Source: Amphiscolops sp. MND2022
Lineage: Eukaryota
Assembly: GCA_964187785.1 (NCBI GenBank)
Contig: OZ076411.1
Span: forward strand, 21,948,001 to 22,012,000
DNA: 64,000 nucleotides
Direction of reading: 5' to 3'
This document shows positions 49,470 through 62,122 of this stretch, piece by piece. The notes below the pieces were generated by a model. That model made no database searches, was not told the origin of the DNA, and was given only the letters and a program-made list of their open reading frames with translations. Position numbers and translations under genes: made by a program. Every line of letters begins with the position of its first letter. Within the stretch, counting starts at the first letter, position 1.

Positions 49470-50834
49470 GTGAGCGTGAGATTTATCTGATATGTAATCA
49501 TGATGCATTTAATCAGCCGCAACAATCTCCTCGAATCAACACAGTCAAATCAATTAGTCCGCAACTGCTTTAGAATAAAAAAGATTCACATTTTTTTACA
49601 AATCCGGATCACTTCAGTGCTATAAGCAAAATAATCGTAATGATAGAATGAACTTTTTGGCACATAATATAATATGTGTACCTACCAATGTAATTAAATA
49701 GGAAGGAAGCACGGTGGCAGAACTTTTCTGGTTCAATATCCAAATCGTAATCTAATTTTTGCATTCTATTCAACACCATAATGACCATCATCCATTGATT
49801 GCACGCTTAAGCCTTAAGCTAGTTTTTTGTTGATTCCTTCAGAGAAAATCAACATTTCCTAAAAGTAATTGCAAATTGTATACGTGTAAAGTAATCACTT
49901 TCAATTATGATATCATTAAAAAATGAATTCACAACCACCAGGGAGCTCAAAGCTTTTGTGAGGATTTAGTGAATGATTAATTCTTGACAAATAATGAAGT
50001 TTAAATGTGGAAGCAAGTTTTTGAACAAATATAGAAAAAAGTTATCACAAACGAAGGTCGCAACCTTGCGCCCATACTATTTCGAAAATCACAAAGTTCA
50101 GTGTAGTATCATTTCAATTAACGATCCACATTTTTTACTTGTATTTTTTATGTGTTTGAAAGGTATTTTTTTGTTTCCATCCCTTCACGGAATATCAGAT
50201 AATTTTCGGGATTTCAACCTAAGCATGATTTTTTCACAAGAACCTAAACATTTTTCACAAATAAGAATTCAGAGCATTCATCTCATTTTTTTGAAACATG
50301 ACAGATTGCTTTTTTCTCCTCTTATTCTCATCACTCCAAATATTCAGATGGCTCTCGTTGTTCCCGAAGTGACAGAGCATCCATTTTCAAACACGACTAG
50401 AGTTTCCAAAGTGGTCAAAACATCTGAATTAGGACCGAACGTTTATCGATTTTTCGGTAACAACGTATTTATTTGAACGCACAGTTCATCTAATTAAGCT
50501 TTCTACACATGGCTACTAGCTGTGACATGAAAGAGCGAAAGATCTTGTATCAGGAGTCGTGGAAATTTTTCTACTACCCTGGTTGGAACTGCTTGAACTT
50601 TTTACAAGTTTTTGTAGGTTACCAAGCTAATTTTTCATGATTTTATGAAATTCTCAAGGAAACGTCCATTAAAACTTCACTGATGCAATTTAATTTTATC
50701 ACACTGCCTATAAGATGCATCCTAAATTTAGCGGAAATTCTGAGCTGCGAAGTTTTACAGTTTTCATAAAGACGTTGTTCTAATTTTGAAAGCAGCTGAG
50801 ACCTTCGTTAATTTTACCGCGGTTTCAATGCAAA

Positions 50835-51193
50835 GTATACTTATGCAATCGTTTTTTCTGCCGACCTTTCAATGAAAACTTCAAATTTCTCAAAACTGTC
50901 CATATGATTTCCATAAAATTTTGCACAGTCATTCTACGCCCAAAGGTGCTCCTGGGTGCGCAATGGCATCAAAATCGTTTGACTGGGATGTGAGAAACAG
51001 CCAAAAAATGACAAAAAACCGCCATTTTTGGACTTTCGATTTTCTCAAAAACTCCTTACTATTCCAGCGAAGTTTTCTGTCATTCTACACCATATTAGGG
51101 TCCTATATGTGCAATTTTTCAAAATAGTATGACGGATTCGAGGGTGTCAGAAAAAAAAGACCTAAGCCGACTCTTTTACCGCACATGCGGCTC
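50835..51193 (-). repeat. Dispersed repeat family A, copy 2 (inside the NUDCD2 intron)
   Basis: Its reverse complement aligns with 5645-5890. Confidence 0.75.
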
Positions 51194-51354
51194 TTTTAAA
51201 AATCCTAAATTAATAGTTACACTTCTTGAAATTAATTTGTTGATTTTTCCTTTTGCAGAAATATCGTTAAACACCAAAAAAGTGAGCTAGTTATCTATTA
51301 ACCTAGCATCACATATCCGAATAAGCAAAAAGTGGCCAATTAACGAGCCATTGT

Positions 51355-51975
51355 TTTTCATCCATGATTCATGGGTTCGCCATGCCGAAAATCAATAAAT
51401 TATCATTGTAAGATATCCCATTGATTAAAAGCCATGACGTCATGGATGGTCATCGATAAAAACACACAAAAAGGTCGTAACTTTCATTTATCAAGTGTGA
51501 TGCTTTTAAACACCTTCAAAGTAGATAATTCGTGAACTGAAATAAGTCTAGTTCAACATCTAGAAAAAGACGTGAATTGGTGTCATTTTTTTCATAATTA
51601 CAACGTCATGAATCTGATTCAACAATTTGGCTTCCAAACTTTTAAAAAATTTTACAGGTTTTATATTTTGATTTTTTCCCCATTTTTTCGCAGGAAACAT
51701 TCTAGTAACTGAAATTCGTTCCATTCGAATGGTGCTGATTGTTGTTTGATGAAATGCATAGATTATCACTGACTTGCTGAAACCTTGGATAACAAAATAG
51801 GTAATTTTTTGTCATGGATGAATCATGGGTGCTCATCAGAGCCATGATCATGGGTAGTAAGCAATCATTCGAAAGTATTGAGTAAATTGTCATGGATGAT
51901 TAGCCATGTTTCGGTTTTAATGCCCTGAAAAAGTCATGATCATGGATAAAAAGCTAAGAATGAGCCATGATTGTC
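51355..51975. repeat. CATG-rich degenerate repeat (catggat/ccatga motifs), probably MITE-derived
   Basis: Dense recurrence of ccatgat, tcatggat and gagccatg in two clusters (~51355-51460 and ~51810-51975). Confidence 0.45.
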
Positions 51976-52860
51976 AACCTGGATATTGATTTTTTGGACA
52001 GAAGTACCTTTATGATACAGCATAAAATTGCCATCAATGTGGAAGTGAGAAGTTGTGAGCAGTATAGTTTTCAGTTGAAAGGAACATACGTCTATTTTCT
52101 AACCTTTGCCAACTTACCCAGTAAGTGGCAAACCTTTGAAGGCTAAACTGTTTTCCAAAACCGCCCCACCGGTGGCCATCACTCATTTTGCGGTTGCGAT
52201 AGGTAGACAACCAGTGTCCTGGTAACAAAACACTGAAAACTTTTAACGATTTTGCAAAAATTGACGCGAACCTGCAGCCCTTTGCTTAACAGTCCAGCAT
52301 TTTACACCTGTGCCATATGCGCTTGTTATTTGGTTGTTTTGACTGAACTATGTTTGCACTGCGGCATTTCCTTACGTAGCGACTTCAAGATTCGTATTGC
52401 ATATAAGTGTCCCCAGATGCTTTCCGGGTTATTGAAGTACCTCATGAAAATTTATGTATGAAACTGCAAGTTTTATAGTATTTCGTTAACCGTAGCTTCA
52501 AACTTCAAACAATTTTTCCAATCATAGTCAACGGTGGGAAAGGTATTAAAAAGGGCTAAGTGTCCATCGGCGGCCATTGATCTCAAACGTCTCAAACTAA
52601 TCGAAAAAAAAATTGAAATCAATTTTCTATTGAAAACATGGTGCTGAAAGTCTTGAATAATTCGATATTGCCTCACGTTCACACTTTAATGTCACTAACA
52701 AGGCATTTTATTTACATATTTGGATAGATCATATGAATAGTTCAAAATTAGATGTTTGCAACATCTCGAAGTTTTGCCTAGAATTTGGTATGTAAAACTG
52801 AGATTAAAGATGATTCCAAACATTTGGAGCCACTAGAACACACTCTATTTCGTTTACTAG

Positions 52861-53145
52861 GTTATTAATGGGAAATTACACGCGGCAGTATCTCCAGGTG
52901 ACATCGTTTGGACGGTTGAAGACAACACTCTCCTTATTACACTAGTAAAAGCTTTAAAGGGCTCAAATCATTGTTGGCCTTCGCTTTTTCAAGATGGCCA
53001 GTGTTCTGCAGACCTGTGGACCCTAGATCAAATGCAAAAACAACTGACACGTGAACGATTCCAACGAGAAAATCCAGGCATGGATTTCAGTGGTGCTGAA
53101 GTGACAGGAAATTACCAGGGCGGCGGACCTGATCTTCCTTCTTGA
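52861..53145 (+). CDS. NUDCD2: NudC domain-containing protein 2, coding exon 2 (terminal); missed by the ORF track
   Basis: Acceptor tttcgtttactag ends at 52860. Translation VINGKLHAAVSPGDIVWTVEDNTLLITLVKALKGSNHCWPSLFQDGQCSADLWTLDQMQKQLTRERFQRENPGMDFSGAEVTGNYQGGGPDLPS* carries the NUDCD2 signature DQMQ.KLT.ERFQ.ENPG.DFSGAE..GNY..GGP. Spliced protein is 155 aa. Confidence 0.92.
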   Translation, partial: VINGKLHAAVSPGDIVWTVEDNTLLITLVKALKGSNHCWPSLFQDGQCSADLWTLDQMQKQLTRERFQRENPGMDFSGAEVTGNYQGGGPDLPS

Positions 53146-56100
53146 ACGCCTTGGTTTACATTAAAACTTTAGTTTCAAGCTTTATCATTGTAATCTTGAA
53201 TAATTCCTTGACAATTAAAGTGAATTGCATTTATAAATGTTTGTGGTTCATGTCTTCAAATTCGAGAATTATCACAGCACTGATCAGATCCTTAAGTTTG
53301 CGAGGAATTTCACGCAGTCATAACGGAAAGTTCAATGCAAGTTGTCAAATACTTTCAATCATCTGAAACATCAAGTTTTGCTAGAAGTAATTTAGTAACT
53401 GTGAATGCGTACTTGAAAACTTTGTTAAGTATCAGCTCACATCCAAAGTTATGAAGCATGCTAAATGTTGACTTCTCTGGCAGGTTTTTCGGAAAACGAT
53501 TAGATAGGTTACGCTGATTTGCAACATGTTAATTTGCACAATATTTGTATCATGACTGTACAGTGACTGAAATTCGGTCTGTAATCGGCCGTTTGATTGG
53601 TTTCCAAAAATTGTTGACATAATTAAAGTGTAAAAATCACGATTAAACGCTTCCCTTAAAGATGGAGATGTTACTGACCGCTGACCCTTGTTGAGACGGC
53701 TGGAGAACTTTTTATTCTTCCTGCAGGCCTGCGTGCAGGATAATTTTCTTTATAAAACTTAGAAAGTTCAGTAAGGTTGCGGTGGTAAATCTTACAGAAT
53801 TACATTGCATTTTCCACTGCTGCCATTAAATTTGAAAATAAATCCTACTTCGTTGCCAACACGATTATTTTGTATTCGCTCTTTGTTTTCTCAACTAATC
53901 ATCTGATGTGATCACTGATTTTCAAAAAGGACGCTAAACATGATGCTAATTTGCAGTCTATTACGCGACTGAAGTTATTTTGCATTAAATTGATGGTAAA
54001 ACAGAGTTGAGCTTCACATTTTACTTTTTAATACCAAAAATGAAGAAAAATATCCCATTGGACCATCATATCTGAAACTTCAAAAATGAATTCAGTTTCA
54101 TTTTCGCAATTTCGACAAATTGAATAAAGTTTAATAATCGTTACGCTTTGAAGAACACATGCGAAGAGATTTTGAAGGCCTCACTGTATTACAATCTTCA
54201 TCCAATTCAAGAACATTTCAAACTACTCCCTTTATCATCAGGTTTCGAATTATCAACGTTTCTTCGCGGAACACGAAAATCAAAAGCATGAAAGTGATCA
54301 GATTGGCTTACCTGTTTTGCCCTCTTGACATAATGGACTACTAGATGGATGACACGCGAAAAGCTGTACACATTATTTTTTCTTAAAATGGAGAATCAAA
54401 TATGGATGAACAAAACAAAAATTCGTCTCGAAACGACGAGCGAGCGTAACTGAGCTGTCAACGATAAAAATGCCAAACTCATTTTCGATTTGCCTGTGAT
54501 CAAAAAAGTGCACCTCTGGGTGAATTTTGACCGGGTACAAGGACTATACAAGAGAAATAAGCTGGTAACAGCAAAAGTGTGCGCCCAGCTTAAGGTTCAA
54601 AAATAGTAAAAAGACTTGAAAATGTCAAGTGTTCTCTTCCACAGTATCCGAAAAAGCCAAAAGGGGACCTTGCGTGCTAAAAGGGGGGGGGCATCTTGGG
54701 TTTTTTCAACATCCATTCAGCTGCAAAATATCAACAAAACTCAAAGCGGACCCTTAGAGACATTGAAAAATTTTTTGAAAAAAGTCTCACAATGCCAATA
54801 AACTGAATTTTTTTAGTCTTGTCCGGTTTTATAGTTACACTGAAAAAAAGGAACAACTTTTATAGTTCAATTCCTTGGGCCAAATGGTCCAATTTGGCAG
54901 CTTAAAATTTCATAGAGTTTGGCAGAAATAGTTGGTTAGTTCGTTTGCCATGAAAGAAAAGAATCACTAATATAGTCGCGTTTCACTTCACTAAGCACCA
55001 ACTAAAAATATTTATATCATACAATGGCCATGCATGGCAAATTAACATAAAGTAGTCATTTAACGCTCAGGTTGATGTATTTGTTGGCAGCTCCTTAACA
55101 ATGAGCAAGAGAACCATCACAATTACCAGTTTTGTCATTTGATGTTTTTCAAACTTTCATACAATGATGAGAGGTTCTGCTCGGAGGTAAAACTTGGTAA
55201 AATTCTCTCCAAAGGATCAACTCTGTCTTAACCGATTCCATCAGTTACATCGCTGGCCGTATCATTTACCAAGCAAACATCGAGTTGTGAATGCTCTCTA
55301 CATGTGAGGGGTAAATCTCTGTCAGGCTGAGAGCGGCTCACCGCGAAGCCTCTCGGCTAAGTGAATTACATTAATTATTACGCAGATGACGCTGATTTGC
55401 ATATTTTATCGTGTTTTCCATCTTTTGAGGCGTCGCCCCTGAGGTGATCTTGAAGTCCGCCTCTGATATTGAAGTGTCTCTGTGTCATCCAACGCTCAAA
55501 TATGCCGGGTTGTAGGGTCATGTATAATTCAATATATGATATGACTTATTCCGAGCGTTTGCGACGCGCCCGTAGGGTTCGACATAGCACACGTAATGTG
55601 CTAATTGCCCGGGGCCGGTAGTCCCGACTAAGTTCCAATTTCATTATCACCAAGCCTTTTGAGCTGCTTTCACTAATCGAGCTGTCTAAATGATAAACAT
55701 AACTCTCTCTGTAGCCTGAGCTACGCGCAAATACTTTGGGATTTGAATATAAAGCCAAAATCTAAAACTCCTACAGTTGCAAGATGGAACTTACGACCTC
55801 ACTCGGATTTTTGTTCAACACGGTAAGACTTTGTTTTCATCCATCAACTCATTCACGTTAACTTCTTGGGTAATTGCGTGGCCTGAAACCTTTTGCTGTT
55901 CGTTCAAATACTTGAGGCTGGCTGATAAATGTTTGATTTTTGCGCCTTTTTGGAGTGTATTCCACTCGAGTCTATCAAATTCGGTAAGCTGTTATTCAAG
56001 AAAAACAGACTCTTTGCACGAAGCTGTCTTCACAAAAAGAATCACATCTTCAAAACGTTTCAATTGGATATTGAAAGTAAATCTGTTGTCCGTGGGCAAT

Positions 56101-56474
56101 CTTCTGATTGACAGTGTTTAGTTTCGTTTATATTATCAATCGAGAATTGCACTTTTGAGTGCAGTTCAATTATTTTGTGTTTCTGTGATTATAAATGAGT
56201 CGTTTTGTTTTTTAATCGGCACATTTTGTAAGAAAATGTTCCCCAGTGATATCGTGGTTAGGGTTTTTTGTCAGATCACAGAATGAATGCGTAGCTCCAC
56301 GTTTTGAAAGGCGTTTGTTTATGCCTCCAGTAGTTAGGGTGCTTCATCAGCAAGCGTTCGTACTTTTGATGTCTGCTAAAGACTAAATATCTTTGTTTGC
56401 GCCCCCTTCGGTTTCTCCCGTGTTTCACCTTCCAAAAGGACTTCCAAGCCTAAAGGGTCCCATTTTTGTGTTTT

Positions 56475-56729
56475 CGGCTTTGAAGGACAATACGCCCAAG
56501 GGCATTACGCCCGAACAAAATACGCCCAAGGACATAACGCCTAAAGCGCACATTGAGCCCAATAAATCGAAAGATTGTTGTATGTACAAGTATTGGGCGT
56601 AATGTCCACTTTGGGCGTAATGTCCGCTTTGGGCGTAATGTTCGCTTTGGGCGTAATGTCATTGGGCGTATTGTCTTTGGGCGTACTGTCTTTGGGCGTA
56701 CTGTCTTTGGGCGTAAAATCCTAGAACCG
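56475..56729. mobile_element. Foldback/MITE-like element with inverted arrays of 15-18 bp subrepeats
   Basis: Left arm (tacgcccaa)-type repeats at ~56490-56560 face right arm (ttgggcgta)-type repeats at ~56592-56716; central cccaata...tattggg; cgg...ccg ends. No target-site duplication identified. Confidence 0.7.
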
Positions 56730-56745
56730 TGGAAACCATATTTGG

Positions 56746-57154
56746 AACTCCTGACTAAGTGTGGTCCCTATATATAAGAGTGGTCCTTGCATATTTTTTC
56801 GGAATTATTACTATAACGTCGTCAGCTATTTTCACATACCCCTAAATGCAGAAGCGAAGCCGAGCGACGTGCCATATGACTTTGTACCTCACTGTAGCTA
56901 CTTGGCGAAGGGAGCGAAGTGACCTAACTTCTTCAAGTCAAGTTCCATAAATATTGGCTGTAACAGCACTAAAAGCTAGTAATATGAGTTCTGCTGTTTG
57001 AGACCTACTTTGTAAGTTTTTGTAAAGATATACAGATGAATAGTCGCCATATTTTGAACTACATGTAAGGTTTGCTTTAATTTTGAACTACATGTAATGT
57101 TTGTTGTACGCTGACTCTTCTAAATTAACTAGGGACCACGCTTAGTCAGGAGTT
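56746..57154. mobile_element. Element bounded by 25-bp terminal inverted repeats (MITE-like)
   Basis: aactcctgactaagtgtggtcccta (56746-56770) vs tagggaccacgcttagtcaggagtt (57130-57154), 1 mismatch; a third partial copy at ~57181-57203; internal direct repeat attttgaactacatgtaa x2 near 57051-57097. Confidence 0.7.
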
Positions 57155-57895
57155 TTCAGACCGCCTGCATTAATTTTTTGGAACCACTCTTAGTCAGGAG
57201 TACCACAAATTTTTGCTTTTTTCTCAAAAAGTGAGTTGCCTTGATACCTTCATCCAAAGCAAGCTACGGCACCATAATTACAGTCTCGTGGTAAAAGAAA
57301 ATCGGGTTGAAGCTGTAATTTCGAAGTGATTTCCTCAAGGTTACAAAGGTCTAACTGCTCGTCGTTGCTATTTTCACATTTGCTTTTTCCACGTTATCAA
57401 CTTATTGACTAATATTAGTGAGATAATGCTCGGAACCCAAAAATGTTGAGTTGAGGAGGACTCGTAATTTATTCCAACAGCGCCTTAATGCTCTAATCAC
57501 AACTCCATGACACCAAAAGTATCTAAAATTTGAAAACTGTACAAAATTTGCACAATATGGGTAATAGGAAAAATTCTGTAAAATTAGACTATTTTGTCAT
57601 TTCAATACCAAAAAGTTCAAAAGTGTCTACATATACCAACCCCACGAAACTAAGTTTTTGGTAGTTGAATTCTGTGGAAGAACCTCCATCGGTTGGGTAT
57701 ACATTTGTAGCATGGCAATTTTGGAGAAAAAAGTCTGGCTAAGTATTTTTTTATTCACATTTGTAGTTGACTGAGTATTGACCAATTAAAAATTAACTGG
57801 ATACTAAAAGACAGAAGTCACCGGTCCTCAGAACAATGGTTTACAAGTTGTTCTCTCGAGTACCCGTTCGTGGTACCCTTTTGTTCCGTCCCCGG

Positions 57896-58270
57896 TTGTC
57901 ATGCCAGCATGATGGAAATATAATCTACTAAATATCTGTAATGTAAATATTATGTCTTATGTACTTAGATATGGGCAATATAAAGTCATATAATAAGAGC
58001 CATGGTTGTGAGCAACCCTACGTTACTTGTACTTAATCCCCATTCCCCCATGAGTTTGAGTTGTATATATTTACTTAATACTGAGCGCTCTAGTTCCGGT
58101 GTCCGCATAAATGATCTTGCCAATGGCCTTGAATGTGCTATATTTCAAAATATTGGTTTGTCACGACAAGGGAGAGAAGTTTTCCGGTCAGACTGGACCG
58201 AGAGATATTGAAAAATGATGAAATGTGTAACTTCTACTAGCTCCCCGCCTCAGGACTTGTAGTCGTGACA
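57896..58270. mobile_element. Possible solo LTR
   Basis: Starts TGTCATG and ends CGTGACA (imperfect TG..CA inverted termini); internal tgtcacgac (58159) is the exact reverse complement of the end. No target-site duplication seen. Confidence 0.35.
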
Positions 58271-58674
58271 ACACTTTCATAAAATTCATCGTTAGTCCAT
58301 CAGCGGATTCAACGATGAACCCAATTCGACTGACGATTTCATTAGATCCATCAGCGGATTTAATTTGGAGCTATTTTGAATGAAGTTCATCGCAATTTCA
58401 TCTCCGAAATTGCGGGTTAACAACGATTGGGACCTTAAACTGATTTTTCATCACCAATCCATCAGCGGATTTTATGGGACCTTATTTTAGTAACTTCATC
58501 TTAATTTCATCGATGTATTTCATTTAGAAACTTCCAATGTGCTTCTCATTTCTTAAGGACAGTAACGCATCCCTTATTCATCTCCTGACTAGTAAACAGA
58601 AAAAAAAATGAGAAAGTACATCCCTAACTCATCCAAAAAGAGTGAATGTGCTGATTTATCTGATTTGTTTGGTA

Positions 58675-59060
58675 AATTCATCCTTAATCCATCCCAATTT
58701 TATTTGAACTGGAATTTGCCGTTTTAGTGGACGAGTTCATCCCAAACTCATCGCTAATTCGATTTGCCTTAGGATTTGCTGCTTTATTAGTTGAGTTCAT
58801 CCTAAACTCATCGCTAATTCGATTTGCACTGAAAATTGCTGTTTTATCTAATGAATTCATCCTAAACTCATCTCTGATTTAATTTGCGCTAGAACTAGCA
58901 GTTTATCGAATGAATCCATCCTAAATTCATCGTCAATCTAATTTGTGCTGGAAACTGGTAATTTATAGAGGAAGTCCATCCCTTTACCATCACCATTTAA
59001 ATAGTGTTGATTTTTGGGCGAGAAAAACTACATTTCATCGCATATCCATCCTCAAATTCA
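58675..59060. repeat. 60-bp minisatellite, about 6 degenerate copies
   Basis: Consecutive 60-nt lines 58681-58980 align (ttcatcctaaactcatcgctaattcgatttgc...); related ccatcagcggatt motif x3 at ~58297-58471. Confidence 0.8.
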
Positions 59061-59221
59061 GAATATCGATTTTAGTGCTAGAATCAACTGGAAAACATCG
59101 TTTTCCTATCTCGCAATGCATTTTACCCTAATTGGACTTGAAATCAGTGTGCTATTGAATACATTGAGCTCATTTTCGTTACTATAGAGACCATTGTGGT
59201 ATGTGCAGGCAATTGCGACAC

Positions 59222-60090
59222 TGTAAAGTGATGATTAACAACCATTTACACGTATGTAGATTGATCATGATGCTTGGCCACCCTGCGGCAGTTCACAACA
59301 CCGGTCACGTGACTTACCAATTAGCACCAACCGGCAGTAGCCAATGAGAAGAGGCTGGTAAGAGATTTAGCGTCTTACCAGCCTGAAAAGACACGTGAAC
59401 TGCTGTAGTTTAAGCCGCCATTAGAGATTACTGAGACCGAATTACGATAAGTTACCGTCCAGATGGATACTTCACGCCAGAATTCTACTTGAAATATACA
59501 TCCTTAATTCATCTCTGAGAACTATAACACGACTACCTGAGTAATTTCTTTGGTAAATCTACCCCGCGATGAAAATCGGATGAACTTTCCTATCTACCTT
59601 TGCCAATTCCTTCTAATCACTGGATACTTACTTATTTATACGACTCATCTTTAACTCATCTCATTTCAAGATTAGTGAATTCGAGATCGCATAATCAGAT
59701 ATAAAACAGTAAAATACATCCAAATAACATCTCAGAAAATCCAGTCTTCACTCACAAATCTTTTCACTTATCTATATGAATCAGGACCAAAGAACGGTAC
59801 TCAGAAGCGGTAGAATTATTGATTCCTCATCAGAAATAGAATCTCCTGCAGATCCAAACATGGCCCAGGCAAGCTCGAATGATTCTGACACCAACGACAG
59901 TTCGGATATCTCTTCTCAGTTGCCCGAAATAAAAGAGAGTTACGAACGCCGAATTAGTGAGTTACACCAAGAATTTAGTCAACTGAAGGACTTAATGATG
60001 GCGATCGTAAGCAAGAACAGTAGCGAATCTCAGCCATCTAGCTCGAAAGGTCCTTCAAAGTCGGCCCAACAACATGGGTTCGACACCGGT
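59222..60090 (+). mobile_element. Probable LTR-retrotransposon (Gypsy-like) 5' fragment: LTR/promoter plus truncated gag N-terminus (ORF 59776-60150)
   Basis: TGTAAAG start at 59222, promoter-like motifs, then ORF MNQDQRTVLRSGR..IKESYERRISELHQEFSQLKDLMMAIV. An LRSGR motif plus short coiled coil is typical of gag N-termini; composition changes abruptly after ~60090. Family assignment is from recall only. Confidence 0.45.
59304..59397 (+). promoter_or_regulatory. Cluster of E-boxes, CCAAT boxes and a 12-bp stem-loop
   Basis: GTCACGTGAC 59304-59313, CCAAT 59317-59321 and 59341-59345, stem aggctggtaaga/tcttaccagcct 59352-59384, CACGTG 59392-59397. Confidence 0.5.
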
Positions 60091-60662
60091 ATTAATCTGT
60101 CCTTGGGGCCTTTTTCGCTCAGTTCAGATATAGCTTGTAACTCCGTCTGATGGCTCTGCCTCGTTGAGCTGGTGCAAATTGGTAAGGTCTAACCTTTTTA
60201 CAGTGTTTCCTGCAATCACCGGGCTTTATGGATTAATAATCTGATAATGGGATTTCTTTGCGTTGGTCATTTCGATATTTTCAGTTCTATAACCTCCTGA
60301 TTGTTTCCTCTGATGTCTGGTTATGGTTGGTATTAGAAAAATAAGTTGATTGCTAACTTTAAATCAAGATTTTTGCTACTTTCTTTTTGTAACCCCCCCC
60401 CCCGCCGCTAACAACTAATTGATGTGTGTATAGTACATTCTTGTGAATTCATTATGAATAAGTTCTCATAATTTCCTGGCATTGCTGAGAAGAGTGCCAA
60501 GGCCTGATTCGCTCAGCGTTGACAGTAAACTGGCCGTTACAGCTTTTTTGGGGTACTTTGGGGTACCTGCGGTAATTGTATTAATGATGTTCTACTAAAA
60601 TAGGAAATCACGCTGTAACTTTGCCATCTTTGAATGATTTGTACGAACTCAACGTTTTGCCA

Positions 60663-60756
60663 GTACAACTTTCGAATAATAAAATCTAATGGTTCGTAGT
60701 TAATGTACTAGTATATTGACTAGGAACCATTAGATTTTATTATTAGAAAGTTGTAC
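60663..60756. repeat. 94-nt near-perfect hairpin
   Basis: 46-bp arms (60663-60708, 60711-60756) with 4 mismatches, two of which are G:U-compatible on the + strand; 2-nt centre. Confidence 0.9.
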
Positions 60757-61903
60757 ATTTGAAAAGCCTTACACTTGTTTTAATAATTTGTGACGTTCCA
60801 ATTATTTTCAAGTTGTTTCTACGGAACTTAGGTTACAGTGTAAAGAAGAAAATCACTCCAAGTTAGTTTCCAAACATTGATGAAAACAATAATTTCGGGA
60901 AGCAAATTTTGCAGGTGTTTCAGTGAACTTAATTAGGAGTAAACGTTTGCGGTCTTAATGCTTTGCAAATTTACGATTTTGAAGATTTTTTTGAAGGGCA
61001 CTCATTGTCATTGTTTTCAGCCGGGTATAATAACGATGAAGTTCATGATAACTCGACGGAAAACGTCTGAAAAGGTTCGTTTTTCGAGGTCATTTCTATA
61101 AAATCTGAACCACCAATTCGTTTTTACTTCTTTTTGTGTCTATGAACCAAACATTGGTGGTGGCTATGTATAAACTGTAAAACTGTGTTTGCATGTTTTA
61201 CTGCGTCGTTAAAGTTGTTTGCGAAAGAAGTGAACAATGATTCGAAAATAAAACGACGCTTCAGCAGTGTGTAAGTCAATCATTCAAGTGGCAAGTTTTT
61301 CATCTGTGTGTTACATGATCAAAACTCACTGAAAAGCAGCTGAGTCAGAAAAAGCTATCATTGTACAGATTCCAAAGCTGATAACATCATTTAGATTTGT
61401 ATCACTTGTTATAACTTTTTGGACAACGAGAAGCCATTCGAGCTAATCTGAAATGTAAGTTGTGATTGCTCCATTCATTTTGAAATGGTTTCTTTTAAAA
61501 GTCCTCAGCAAAGTCCTCTTTTAAAAGCTTGAAAAGCTCCCGTTAGCTCCAAGTTACCAATTCAAGAATTTCATAGTTAATATTTCAGGCTTTAAAGTTC
61601 AGTCAAGGAAACAAGGAAAAATCCATTTCAGGATTTGAAAAAAAAACTTTTAGAACAACCCCAAGGATTTTTCTGGACTTGAATAACAGCTTTCTTTTCG
61701 GACATAATACTTGATTTTTATCGAGCACTGTTTCGTATTGATGAGTTTGGATTCTTCATTCTTACAGTACCGGTAGAACAGCGGCCGCTGTTGGCAAAGT
61801 TGTTTTCAACTTCTCAAGCAATACTTTACAAAACCTATTCAAACTGGTAGATGTTTCATCTACTAACAACGAGTTTGTTTCAGTCACCTAAATTTTCAGC
61901 AAG

Positions 61904-62122
61904 ATGAATCATTCAATAGACTTTATCCAGGATTGCTTCCTCGTGTTCGACAAGGTGGGTGACAACAAAATAGCCCTGTCTCAAGTCGGGGACCTGTCGC
62001 GGGCTTTGGGGCTGAACCCCACCAATAAAGATATTTCCAGAGTTACCCCGAAAAATGCAGACCCCAATCAAGCAAGGATCACCCTCGACCAGTTCATGCC
62101 CATCTACCACGACCTCGAGAAG
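61904..62122 (+). CDS. MYL6: Myosin essential (alkali) light chain, first visible coding exon; the gene continues beyond the window
   Basis: MNHSIDFIQDCFLVFDKVGDNKIALSQVGDLSRALGLNPTNKDI..RITLDQFMPIYHDLEK matches the ELC EF-hand pattern (F.LFDR.GD.KI..SQ.GD..RALG.NPTN). Branch point TACTAAC 61861-61867, acceptors at 61883 and 61899, donor GTAAAA at 62123. The ORF-track extension to 62410 is intron. The symbol is family-level (MYL6/Mlc-c-like), not a tested ortholog. Confidence 0.85.

Noticed and set aside
49994-50476. 160-aa plus-strand ORF as a nested gene
   Set aside because: Lies in the NUDCD2 intron, has AT-driven F/I/K/S composition, and shows no domain or splice support.
53170-53340. 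SOCS-box-like peptide IPRKLKDLI on the - strand just after NUDCD2
   Set aside because: All three frames stop shortly after the candidate acceptor; a single short motif is insufficient.
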